The position numbers were made by a program, and so were the translations under genes. From Chiloscyllium plagiosum (lineage: Eukaryota): 64,000 nucleotides of DNA. Below the pieces are notes generated by a model. That model saw only the letters and a list, made by a program, of their open reading frames with translations. It made no database searches and was not told where the DNA came from. The stretch is taken from contig NC_057757.1 of NCBI RefSeq assembly GCF_004010195.1, positions 279,794 to 343,793 on the forward strand. The letters are read 5' to 3'. This document shows, one piece after another, positions 49,790 through 61,762 of this stretch (the first letter of the stretch is position 1; every line of letters starts with the position of its first letter).

Positions 49790-50522
49790 GACCCTCTGAC
49801 AGTGCAGCACTCCCTCATCACTGACCCTCCGACAGTGCATGCTCCCTCAGCGCTGACCCTCTGACAGTGCGGCGCTCCCTCAGCGCTGACCTTCTGACAG
49901 TGTGGCCCTCCCTCAGCGCTGACCCTCTGACAGTGTGGCCCTCCCTCAGGACTGACTCTCCGGCAGTGTGGCACTCCCTCAGGACTGACCCTCCGACAGT
50001 GCATGCTCCCTCAGCACTGACCCTCTGACAGTGCGGCGCTCCCTCAGCGCTGACCCTCCGACAGTGCGGCGCTCTCTCAGCACTGACCCTCCGACAGTGT
50101 GGCCCTCCCTCAGCACTGACCTTCCGGCAGTGAGGCATTCACTCAGCACTGACCCTCCGGCAGTGCGTGCTCCTTTAGCACTGACCCTCCGACAGTGCTG
50201 CACTCCCTCAGCACTGACTCTCTGACAGTGCGGCGCTCTCTCAGCACTGACTCTCCGACAGTGTGGCCCTCCCTCAGCACTGACCTTCCGGCAGTGAGGC
50301 ATTCACTCAGCACTGAACCTCCGGCAGTGCGTGCTCCCTTAGCAATGACCCTCCGACAGTGCTGCACTCCCTCAGCACTGACCCTCTGACAGTGCGGCGC
50401 TCCCTCAGTGCTGACCCTCCGACAGCATGGCACTCTCTCAGCACTGAACCTCCGACAGTGCAGCGCTCCCTCAGCACTGACCCTCCGAAAGTGCAGCGCT
50501 TCCTCAGCGCCGACCCTCCGGT
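49790..50522 (-). repeat. 32/33-bp minisatellite, ~22 copies, with 164-bp higher-order repeat
   Basis: Variant AGTGAGGCATTCACTCAGC recurs at ~50129 and ~50293. Confidence 0.95.
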
Positions 50523-50529
50523 GCTCTCT

Positions 50530-51057
50530 CATGGGAAATTGTCCCATAGTGTCCTGGGATGTGCAGGTTAGGGTGGCTTGACCATGGGAAATTGTCCCAT
50601 AGTGTCCAGGGATGTGCAGGTTAGGGTGGCTTGACCATGGGAAATTGTCCCATAGTGTCCAGGGATGTGCAGGTTAGGGTGGATTGGCCATGGGAAATTT
50701 TCCCATAGTGCCCAGGGATGTGCAGGTAAGGGTGGATTGGCCATGGGAAATTGTCCCATAGTGCCCAGGGATGTGCAGGTNNNNNNNNNNNNNNNNNNNN
50801 NNNNNNNNNNNNNNNNNNNNNNNNNNNNNNNNNNNNNNNNNNNNNNNNNNNNNNNNNNNNNNNNNNNNNNNNNNNNNNNNNNNNNNNNNNNNNNNNNNNN
50901 NNNNNNNNNNGGATTGGCCATGGGAAATGCAGGGTTATGTGTAAAGAGTAGGTTGGGGGGGGGGGGGTTGTGGAGGATCTGGGTGAGTTGCTTTTTGGAG
51001 GGTTGGTGTGGATTTGATGGGCCAAATGGCTTTCTTCCACACGGTAGGGATGCTATG
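50530..51057 (+). mobile_element. Headless HE1-like SINE with 53-bp array (left arm of inverted duplication)
   Basis: 53-bp units, then tail CCACACGGTAGGGATGCTAT. Confidence 0.85.
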
Positions 51058-52437
51058 GTTAAAACTTTTCGATTACAGTAAATACTGATTTTCTTCTGAA
51101 TGGTAAAATCCTAGTGTGTACTCTCTTAACCTGAGTTAGTCAGGTGGGGTAAAGTTGTGGTGACTCCAGGAAGAGCGGGGTTGTAATCTTGGAGCATGAC
51201 CAGTCATCTCTGACTCTGAGCGGAGTGATGTTCAGGGACCGCCCTTCAGAAATGCTTTGTTGGGTTGAGAACAACTTAGTTAATACTGCTGCTAACTCAC
51301 AACCCTCTCAAGTGAAGTTAGACACCTTGAACTCAGTCTTAAATCATTTGCACCTTATCATGAGAGTATTCCCCAGTTTCTAAACCTCCAGCCAGGGGTA
51401 TCGGTCTCCCAGCCTCAAATCTTTGAAACCCCTCGATAAATGCTGTCTTTCACTAAGATCACCTATCACAACCTAATGCACTCAAACCTCCCTGGTGAAT
51501 GTTCTCATGATCCTATGTTACACTAGCATCAGTGCAAGTATACCCTTGCTCAGGAGTGAGGGTCTACTGGCACCATCACAACATCCCTACTTCTGTGACA
51601 GGAGGTCTGAACTCAACTCTCACCCAATGCAGAAGTGTGTCGCATAACTGAACTGCCAGTTTGAAAAGACCTCTGCCTAAGAGATTAAAACTGTACTCGA
51701 GCTGCATTCTCCGTGAGAGCCAATACAATCGCAGGCATTCCAATTCCTTTGTGATGAAGACTAACATACAATTTTAATGTGAATTATTTGCTGCACCGGT
51801 ATTTTAACAGTTTATGATTCCTTTCAGAAAGGCATGTTTTCTTAATCTCTTGACATTTCAAGTCGCTCCTGTCTTCTCACTCTCCGTCCGAAGCAGTGTG
51901 ACCCAGTATTGTCGAGGTGATCTCAAACAGATCGACATGCTCCCGACATGGCCCATCGCAGCCACGGCCCTTTCCCAGATAGTTCAGAGAAGGTAGTGGT
52001 GAGCTGTATTCTCAAACAGCTGCAGTCCATGTGGTGTAGAGACAACCTTGTCTTCTACTGAACTTCTGAGGCCGTCCCTCAGGATTGATGAGGCGAACTA
52101 TCCTCTGCTCCGAGGAAAGGTAATTGAACAGTCTCCGACTGGTCTAAGAAACCCTGTCACGGGAGCAACAAGTGGCGAATGCTGAGGAGGTCACACGGAA
52201 GGTCCAGGTAGTCACAAGAGCTTCCGGTGTCTATGGCTGGCCTCTAGCTGGACCTATTTGAGGTGCTTGAACTGGCAACAGCCTGCCCCCTGGGGGTGGT
52301 GCACTGAAAATCAGCCCCACTCTTCCTGGAGTCACCACAACTTTACCCCACCTGACTAACTCAGGTTAAGAGAATACGCACTAGGATTTTACCATTCAGA
52401 AGAAAATCAGTATTTACTGCAATTGAAAAGTTTTAAC

Positions 52438-53223
52438 CATAGAATCCCTACCGTGTGGAAGAAAGCCATTTGGCCCATCAAGTCCACACCAACCCTCTAA
52501 AAAGCAACTCGCCCAGATCCTCCACCACCTCCCCCCCCCACCCCAACCTCCCCTTTACCCATAACCCTGCATATCCCATGGCCAATCTGCCCTAACCTAC
52601 ACATCCCTGGACACTATGAGACAATTTCCCATGGCCAATCCACCGTAAACTGCACATCCCTGGACACTATGGGACAATTTCCCATGGCCAATCCACCAAA
52701 ACCTGCACATTCCTGAGCACTATGGAACAATTTCCCATGGTCAATCCACCCTAACCTGCACATCCCTGGCCACTATGGGACAATTTCCCTTGGCCAATCC
52801 ACCCCAAACTGCACATCCTTGGACACTATGGAACAATTTCCCATGGCCAATCCACCCTAACCTGCACATCCCTGGACACTATGGGACAATTTCCCATGGC
52901 CAATCCACCTGAACCTGCACATCCCTGGACACTATGGGACAATTTCCCATGGCCAATCCACCCGATCCTGCACATCCCTGGACACTATGGGACAATTTCC
53001 CATGGCCAACCCACCCTAACCTGCACATCCCTGGGCACTATGGGACAATTTCCCATGGCCAACCCACCCTAAACCGCACACCTTTAGACTATGGGAGGAA
53101 ACCGGAGCACCCAGAGGGAGCCCATGCAGATACTGGGAGAATGTGCAAACTCCATATTGACAGTCACCTGAGTCTGGAATTGAACCCAGGTCCCTGGCGC
53201 TGTGAGGCAGCAGTGCTAACCAA
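52438..53223 (-). mobile_element. HE1-like SINE with ~10 x 53-bp units
   Basis: Tail at 52438, array 52575-53080, tRNA head 53170-53223. Confidence 0.9.
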
Positions 53224-53310
53224 TCAAAAGCAATAAGGAAGCATGATTTGCTAATCTATAACTCTACAATTGAAACCTTACTCTTTTGTAAAATGTAGCC
53301 ATACACAATC

Positions 53311-53958
53311 TGTTATGTACTAGGCCAGACTGCTCACAACATTCTTAAGCAGGCAGCCCAGACCATAACTTTGCAATTTGCTTCAGTAAGTCTACAGTGA
53401 AAATTACTCCGAGTAAGTTAGTTAGGATGTCTATTAGATTTTAAATCAGACAAAAATTTATCATAAAATTACACAATGAAACACAAAGAACAGAATAAAG
53501 AGCCCCCGCAGAACGTATCCACCTAGACTTAATTATGATGTTCCGAATATACTCAACAGTCCCAATAAGCAAACCCCCTTTAAAAACCAGTACAAATGGA
53601 ACACATGCTTATAGGTTGGAGTTGAAGGGCAGTAAAGACAGACAGAGAGAGAGTTTCCACACAGCTCTCTGTTGAACTTCCAACCAGTTCAAAACTGAAC
53701 TAAAACTGCTCAGCTCAGCTAGAGAGCTGACCACTTCCCTCTCTTTATACAGGTCACTTCTAAAGCATGACCACTTTGGCCTGAAATCTCACCAGTTTTA
53801 TATATAAACAAAACACCTCTTAAAATCCTTTTCATCTGTACCAAACCAGACTGATTGGAGCCCGGCCTAGTTTATTATACCTCCGAAAAAATTCAAGGAC
53901 AGAGTCTCCCTGAGCCAAGGAATAGCTTTTAGAAAAAAAAGGGACTAGCTTTATGACA
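53311..53958. mobile_element. Probable solo LTR
   Basis: 648-bp AT-rich block bounded by TGTTATG...TATGACA (TG..CA with short inverted termini) and containing TATA-like motifs; only an imperfect CAATC/CAAAG flank repeat. Confidence 0.5.
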
Positions 53959-55823
53959 CAAAGAAACACGCAAAGAAACAAGACAAGACACCAATATAAT
54001 TGGTGTGGAAGGCAGGAGAGGAGGAGATGGATGGAACAAAATATGTCAGAGGAGCACACTGCTGGCACCAGTCCAGATGACAGACCATGAGGAGATGTTT
54101 CACATCAGTTCCTTTTGATGCTTTTGACTCTTTAAGGAGGACACAATGTTGTGGAGACTTTGATTCTCAGTCTTTCATCCACTAGTTAAGGATTTGCCCT
54201 TTCATTGTCTTTGAGGTGTCTTTTTTTGCTTCTTTTCCAACTGATGGTGGGGATGGGGTGGGGGGGGAGCTTAGAGAGAGTCTTGTACATGAAAATGGTG
54301 AGTAAGAGAACTCCCAAGGCAGTTTCTCTGCACTGGAGGAAGAGACACACACTTAGATGCTTTCTCTTTCTTGGGCCATGTTTCTGTCTAATCGTAACTG
54401 TAGCCACACACCCAGGATCCAATCAAGACATTGTTACTATGCTGACCACTCCTCAACACATACACACACTGGTCCCAGTGGAAAACCCAGGAACAGACTG
54501 TCTGGGTAAAATGGTCCTGAACACATACCCACATAGCCAGCATTTCCACTATCCACCTAGATACACACACACACACCCACACCCACTGACAACACACTCA
54601 CCCACACACCCCTACCCACACACAAACAGCCACACTCCATCCCCCTTCCCCCTCACCCCCTACACACACCTTGAATAAGGAAACATTCCACGTACAACTC
54701 AATGAGTTCTAGCAACATCCTCCTCCAGTTTCCTTGGTTCAAAGGAAATTATCCCAATTTTTCATCCACAATTCCAAGAAATTAAAGTGGCCTTTTCAGT
54801 CAGAACTTCTGTACATTTTCTCCAGTTCAGACGGCCCACTGACAGAGGTTCCCATGAGTTGATGGGATGCTTGGATTTTCTCAGAGAGGCATTCAGGACC
54901 TCCTCAAAGCCTCCCTGGTAATTGCTACCCCTTACAAAGCCTGGAGGAGTTGCCCTTGTTTTTGAAGATGAGAGCCAGGCCTGCAGACAATGTGGCTTTC
55001 CCAGTCAAGCTCCCTGACTGCAACCAAGAACTCAACGCTGAGGATGTAGGCCAGCGAGACTGGGGCACTTAGCCGGCCACAGGATTTGCAAAGTTTTGCA
55101 GGGGTGTCTGTCAATTAGAAGTCTCCTTGAAACGGGGGCAGGCATTGTCGATGAAATTCAACATCGCCTCCAGCTTGCCAGCACAATGTCTGGCCATCTA
55201 AATAACAGTGTGTTTGATGATGAAGGACTCAAAATTAACGCCACGTTCAGGGGCCGCAGTTTCATCAGGTCTTCTGTCTGCACAGGTGACCTGGTTTTCT
55301 CAAATTTCTGGAGAAATGTCACCAGGCCAAAATGCTGCAAATCTTCTGGCAGGGTCACTCCCAATGCTAGGGAGGGAATCCCAGGATTCTGACCCAGCCA
55401 CATTGAAGGAACGGCGATATATTTCCAAGTTGGGATGGTGAGGGGCTCGGAGGGGAACTTGCAGGGGGTGGTGTTCCCATGTATCTGCTGCCCCTTGTCC
55501 TTCTAGAGGGAAGCAGTCATGGGTTTGGAAGGAGCTATCTGAGGAATGTCAGTGAATTTCCGCAGTGCATCTTGTGGATGGTGCACACTTCCGCTACTGA
55601 GCACAGAGAAGTGAATGTTGAAGGAGAGGGAAGAGAAAAATATGTGAAAGGTGGAAAGAGAAGCACAGGTTCCTGTGTGCTGTGAGAATAATTGTAGCCA
55701 TATGCTCAGTCAGCTGAATGAATCACTTTGCTCTGAATGCAGTTACACAGCAATGGGTTAAACAGGCGAAGTGCTCAAATGTTCTGGCTCCAGCATTCCT
55801 CAGCTCTGTATCCCATTCCCATC

Positions 55824-55994
55824 AGGAGAAAGTGAGGACTGCAGATGCTGGAGATCAGAGTCGAGAGTGTGGTGCTGGAAAAGCATGGTGGTCAGGCAGC
55901 ATTCTGATGAAGGGCTTTTGTCCGAAACATCGATTCTCCTGCTCCTCGGATGCTGCCTGACCTGCTGTGCTTTTCCAGCCCCACACTCTCGACC
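55824..55994. mobile_element. Fold-back family A mini-element, ~120 nt downstream of a DLG4 splice donor
   Basis: Inverted arms; CTGATGA 55904-55910, GGGC-TTTT-GTCC, GAAACATC; TCCCATTCC flank repeats. Confidence 0.85.
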
Positions 55995-56116
55995 CCGTCC
56001 CCATTCCTTACTTTGAAACAGCCAGAACTCCATCAACTGTAAAACCAACAACCACAGGTCCCGAGAACCAACACGTCAGAGCCCTCAACCAAAGGATGAG
56101 GGCAGCAGGTGCCTAC

Positions 56117-56190
56117 CTTGAGAGGACATTTCTTGGGGTAGCATGGCACTGGCTGATTGTCCAGCGACACCTCATAGAACTGCTGAATAT
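56117..56190 (-). CDS. DLG4: DLG4/PSD-95 beta-isoform exon, end of L27 domain (74 nt, phase 1-0)
   Basis: TTTTTCAAACAG|ATATTCAG...CTCAAG|GTAGGC; translates (D)IQQFYEVSLDNQPVPCYPKKCPLK. Continues FQALL-DIQ(E/Q)FYEV as in DLG1/2/4, and its phase joins the 63686 exon in frame. Confidence 0.9.
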
Positions 56191-56279
56191 CTGTTTGAAA
56201 AAGACACAAGGTTTTAGTGTCACAAAGACACAAAGGTGCAAAGGCCATTTTAAAACAAAATGTGTTAGCCTACTGCTGC

Positions 56280-56920
56280 AGGAAGGATATTATTAAATTG
56301 GAGAGGGTTCAGAAAGGATTTGCCAAGATGTTGCCAGCAATGGAGGTTTGGAGTTATAAGGGGAGGCTGGATAAGGCTGTGAGTTTTTTCACCAGAGTGT
56401 AGGAGGTTGAAGCATGACCTTATAGAGGTCTATAAAATCATAGGGTATCGATAAGGTGAATACAGCAGGGGTCTTTTCCCTGGAGTGGGGGAGCTCAAAG
56501 ATCAGGGACATAATTTTAAAGTGAGAGGAGGAAGCTTTAAAAAGGACTTGAGGGATAACTTTTTCTACAGAGAGTGGTTCGTGTATGGAATGAATTGTCA
56601 GAGGATGTGGGTACAGTTACAATGTTCAAAAGACATTTGGATAAGTACATGAATAGGAAAGGTTTTGAGGGATATGGGCAAAAGTGAGGACTGCAGATGC
56701 TGGAAACCAGAGTTTAGATTAGAGTGGTGCTGGAAAACCACAGCAGGTCAGGCAGCATCCGGGGAGCAGGAAAATCGACGTTTCGGGCAAAAGCCCTTCA
56801 TCCTTCGAGGGATATGGGCCAAGTGCAGGCAGGTGGACTAGTTTAGTTTGGGAACATGTTCGGTTCAGACTGATTGGGCCAAAGGGTCTGTTACTGTACT
56901 GTAGGACTCTGTGACTCTAT
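56280..56920 (+). mobile_element. CR1 3' fragment with nested family A element (56680-56803)
   Basis: RKDIIKLERVQKGF; TSD GAGGGATATGGGC at 56667-56679 and 56807-56819. Confidence 0.9.
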
Positions 56921-57104
56921 TTTACAAATCAATCTGTTCAGAGATGTTATGACACACCTCTGGAGCAGGGAGCAGTTGAACCCAGGCCTTCTAATCCAAG
57001 GATAGGGACAGCACCATGGTACCACAAGAGGGCCATGGGTACAATGGTCATGTTTTACATTGTGACACAGTTAAAAGACACCGGCACTAGGAAATTGCCC
57101 ATGT

Positions 57105-59320
57105 CGTTAATGAAACATTAACAAGCAAAGGGCAATGTGATCAACTAAAAAGTGAGGGGCAGGGTTGGGGGGGAAAGAGTGATTAAATCAAAATTGAATT
57201 GGAGGGGGAAATACAGCAGCACGCCCCCCCCCCCCCCCTTGATGCCCACCTCTCCCGAAAGGTACTGAGAGCACTGTTGGGCACTGCATGCTCCTTCTCC
57301 AAGGACACATTGGGCTCAAACTTAACCACACAAGACGGGCAGGCATTTGGCAGAAATGATCCCCTCCATGGCCCACTGACTGGGCCTGTTTATAACCAGC
57401 CTGACCAGGCCCAGGAAGAGGCCCACCAGGAGATCCTCCAATCTACCCGCACCCCTCATCAGCAAAGATCAGGAGCGTGGGGCTGAAGTGCAGAAATATA
57501 ACAGGAAGTTTTTCAAATAGCCAAACAGGAGATGCAACACCCAAACCCAATGTATACAAGCTCCACGGACTCCAGAGACCGCAAAACCAACAGTTAGGCT
57601 GGGAGTCTGTGAGCCACCACAATCTGCAGTTCATGTGTGCAGCATCCCCCACCCCATGTTCTGAGGGAAAGATGGAGAACGCTGTCATAGAGAGCCTTGC
57701 AATGGGGATCCCCACTGCCTGATGGTAAATAAGCATGCCAAGGGGTGTTCAGCAGTGTACGTAAGAGTCGAGGTAGATGGTGTACAGCAGTAGAGTGTAC
57801 AGGGTCCACCGTTTTGTCTCCCTGAAAAGCACGCAACACATATTCCAGAGGCGACTCAGGTTGTGGGGCACAGTCTCCCTGGGGAGGTACAGGATCTGGG
57901 ACTAATGTGAGATTCCATCTGGACAGGGATACGGCCACTCAGGATTCCACTGCACACCTTCACGACGTTGAGTCTGCATGCTGCTGTTTTAAGGTGTTGG
58001 ATAACAGTGGTCATGATGTCTACCGCTGCCCTGCTGGCCAATTCCTGCAGCAGCATCCATTCCACACTCCTACCACCCAGCACGCCCCCCTCGACCCTGG
58101 TGACCCTCGCAGCCATGGGCCTCCCATCCAACAGCCACTCAAACCTGCAAATATGGGGACATGGATTCCTGAGCAATGGATCTCTGACGATAGCCACTAC
58201 TCCTGCCGGATGATAGTCCCGGTGCAATTCGACCATGCCCCAGACAGTGATCAGGTCCTGATAAAAGTCAGGCAGCATCCTGAGGGTGACCTGCAAACCT
58301 TCGCGGTCAATAAACAGGAGCTGCGTGTCGTAGTTGAGGTAACACACCGGATGGAAAAAATATGTCACTAGAATGCACCACCTAGGAGGCGGCTCAGGGT
58401 AAAAGCAGTGCTGCAAGGCCTGAGGCTCACCAACGACTGACTGCCCTCCTCAAGAGGGAGACTCAGAACCTGTGCCGTGACCCAGTGCATCTTCCTGTCC
58501 CAGAAGAAGTCAACCAACATTCTCTGGATGTCAGTGACAAAACCAGGAGGAGGGACCAAAGGGACAATCCGGTATCACAGCATGGCAGCCACAGCTGGTT
58601 TATGACCAACTCCTGTAAGATAGCACTCGGAGCAGTCCTGCCCAGCAGCCTAGGACAGCCGAGACTTTGGCCTCGAGCTCCTGCCAGTTCACCAGCGGGG
58701 GTTCCTCAGCCAGGCTGAGGTAGACCCCCAGGTAGAAGAGATGGGTAGTCCTCCAGCTGAACCTCTGTAGTTCCTCCAGCAGAGAGTCCACCCACCACAG
58801 GCCGATCAGGAGTCCAGAATATTTGACCCAGTTGATCCTGGCGGAAGATGCCACCGAGTACACCACCTGGCACTTGTGCGTCCTCTCCAGGTCAGTGAAC
58901 ATAAGGAGCACATCGTCGGCATAAGCCAACAGAACTGTTCCAGTGTCCGCACCGTGCAGAACCAGCCCCGACAACTTCCTCCACAGGAGACACTGGAAAG
59001 GCTCCACGCACAGGGAATACAGCTGATGGACAGGGGGCAGCCTTGACGTAACCCTCTCCCAAAGTGAAAGGGCACCGTCAGGGACCCGTTAACTTTAACC
59101 AGACACTCTGCGGCGGTGTACAAAGGTCGGATCCGGACGATGAACTGCGTCCTGAACCTGAATGTCCACAGAATCCAGAGCAGATACTTGTGATTGACCC
59201 TATCGAATGCCTTCTCCTAATCAAGTGACAGGAAGGCGCTCGGCAGACCAGCCCTCTGGGAAAAATGGATCGTGTGCCGGACCAGATGGATATTGTCATG
59301 GATCCTCCAAACCAGGACCA
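57105..59320 (-). mobile_element. Tx1-clade (L1 group) non-LTR retrotransposon, decayed ORF2 RT to Cys-rich C-terminus
   Basis: EKAFDRVNH, VKVNGSLT..F...RGLRQGCPLS, AYADDV, ARINWVK, YLGVYL, VDFFW, CWFCG; many frameshifts. Confidence 0.9.
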
Positions 59321-59882
59321 CATCATAATGAAACCAGCCCAGTAATCGGAGGCAGCTGGGGGAATTTAAAATTCAATTGATGAAAAGGAAGCTAATGGTT
59401 TGCATTGTACACAATCGGCTTGGCTTCTAAATATTTAATTGGCTACATGAATGATTACTGGTGGTAGTTAATAGATTTAAAAACGTTGTGGTGATTTTAA
59501 TGTTGGGAAGGTTGCTCAGTTGAACATGACAACACTTCTGGCTACAAAAGGGAAACTAAAATGGAAGGTAGTCAATGATGGAATCATTCCAATTCTGGTT
59601 CACTAATGTCCTTTTAGGAGGGAAACATGCCATCATTATCAGGGCTGGACTACATTTGACTCCAGGCCCACAGCAATAGGGTTGATTTGTAACTGCCCTC
59701 TGAACTGACCCAAACAAGCTGATCAGATCACAGGAAATTAGACAGGTAATGAAAACTGGCCTTGCCAGCAACACTAAATATCCCATAAAACAGAACGCAA
59801 CTTTAATAGTCCTCAATACAGCACAGCTGTTCATTGGATCCCATGTGGGTCTGGAATCAGCTGGCACTCTGGTCCCTGTCAG

Positions 59883-60300
59883 AGAGTCATAGAGATGTAC
59901 AGCATGGAAACAGTCCTTCGGTCCAACTCGTCCATGCTGACCCAATATCCTAATCTAATCTAGTCCCATTTGCCAGCACTTGGCCCATATCCCTCTAAAC
60001 CCTTCCTATTCATGTCCCCATCCAGATGCCTTTTAAAAGCTGTAACTGTACCAGCCTCCACCACTTCCTCTGGCAGCTCATTCCATACATGTACCACCCT
60101 CTGTGTGAAAAAAGTTGCCACCTGAGTCCCTTTTATATGTTTCCCCTCTCACCCTAAACCTATGCCCTCGAGTTCTGGATTCCCCACCTCAGGGAAAATA
60201 CTTTGTCTATTTACCCTATCCCTGCCCCTCCTGATTTTATAAACCTCTATAAGGTCACCCCTCAGCCTCTGACACTCCAGTGAAATCAACCCCAGCTTGG
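59883..60300 (-). mobile_element. CR1 3' fragment
   Basis: QRLRGDLIEVYKIRRG and tail. Confidence 0.9.
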
Positions 60301-60304
60301 CTAG

Positions 60305-61125
60305 GGCAGTTGCATGCTCTTCCTGCAGGATGTGGGAGCTAAGGGTCACCACTGGTGGTCCCTGCTGACTTCTCCTGTGAGAAATGCACCTTACTCCAGC
60401 TGCTGACAGACCGTGTTAGGGAACTGGAGCTGGATGAACTTTGGATCATTCGGGAGGCTGAGGGGGTGATGGAGAACAGTTATAGGGAGGTAGTCACACC
60501 GAAGTTACACAATAAAGGTAGCTGGGTGACCGTCAGGAGAGGGAAAGGGAATAGACAGGCAGTGCAGGGGCCCCCTGCGGCCATTCCCCTCAATGATAAG
60601 TATACAGTTTTGGATACTGTTGGGGGAGGATGACCTACCAGGGGAAAGCCACAGCGGTCAGGTTTCTGGCACTGAGCCTGGCTCTGTGGCTCAGAAGGGA
60701 AGAGGGAAGCGTAGGACAGCAACAGTGATAGGAGATTCAATCGTGAGAGGAACAGACAGGAGATTCTGTAGTCGCGAGCGAGACTCCTGGATGGTATGTT
60801 GCTTCCCGGGTGCCAGGGTCAGGGATGTCTCTGATTGAGGCTACAGGATTCTTAAAGGAGAGGGAGAGCACGGTACCAATGACATAGGTAGGGAAAGAAA
60901 GGAGGAGCTGAAAAGAGAATATAAGGAGTTAGGTTGGAAGCTATAAGGCAGGACGAGCAGAACAGTAATCTCAGGATTGCTATCGGGGCCATATGAGGCT
61001 AGGATCAGAGAGCGCGTGCAGCTGAACATGTTGCTGCAGGGCTGGTGTAGGAGGGAGGGCTTCAGATATTTAGATCACTGGGATACCTTCTGGGGAAGAT
61101 GGGATCTGTACAAGAAGGATGGGTC
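60305..61125 (+). mobile_element. CR1 ORF1 remnant (zinc finger/leucine zipper plus SGNH esterase)
   Basis: CSSC...CEKC, LLTDRVRELEL, VIGDSIVRG, CFPGARV, GTND, WGRWDLYKKDG. Confidence 0.85.
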
Positions 61126-61154
61126 CACTTTACTGTCCACTTTATTCTGTCTGA

Positions 61155-61762
61155 TCCGTGCTGTCCCCGTCCTGGGAGCGTTTGATGGAGGAACATTGTA
61201 GAGTGAGCTTTACTCTGTATCTAACTCCGTGCTATCCCCGTCCTGGGAGCGTTTGATGGAGGAACAGTGTAGAGTGAGCTTTACTCTGAATCTAACCCCG
61301 TGCTGTCCCCGTCCTGGGAGCATTTGATGGAGGAACAATATAGAGGGAGCTTTACTCTGTATCTAACTCCGTGCTGTCCCTGTCCCTGGGAGTGTTTGAT
61401 GGAGGAACAGTGTAGAGTGAGCTTTACTCTGTATCTAACCCCATGCTGTCCCCATCCTGGGAGCGTTTGATGGAGGAACAATGTAGAGGGAGCTTTACTC
61501 TGTACCGAACCCCATGCTATCCCCATCCTGGGAGCGTTTGATGGAGGAACAATGTAGAGAGAGCTTTACTTTGTATCTAACTCCGTGCTGTCCCTGTCCC
61601 TGGGAGGGTATTAATGGAGGAACAGTGCAGAGTGAGCTTTACTCTGTATCTAACCCCGTGCTGTCCCCGTCCTGGGAGCGTTTGATGGAGGAACAATATA
61701 GAGGGAGCTTTACTCTGTATCTCATCCCATGCTGTCCCTGTCCCTGGGAGTGTTTGATGGAA
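61155..61762 (-). repeat. ~70-bp minisatellite, ~9 copies
   Basis: Reverse complement of the 7460-8035 unit. Confidence 0.92.

Noticed and set aside
49780..50571. Cys/His-rich repetitive ORFs (HCRRVSAEG...) as zinc-finger proteins
   Set aside because: They are translations of the minisatellite with frame-breaking 32/33-bp units.
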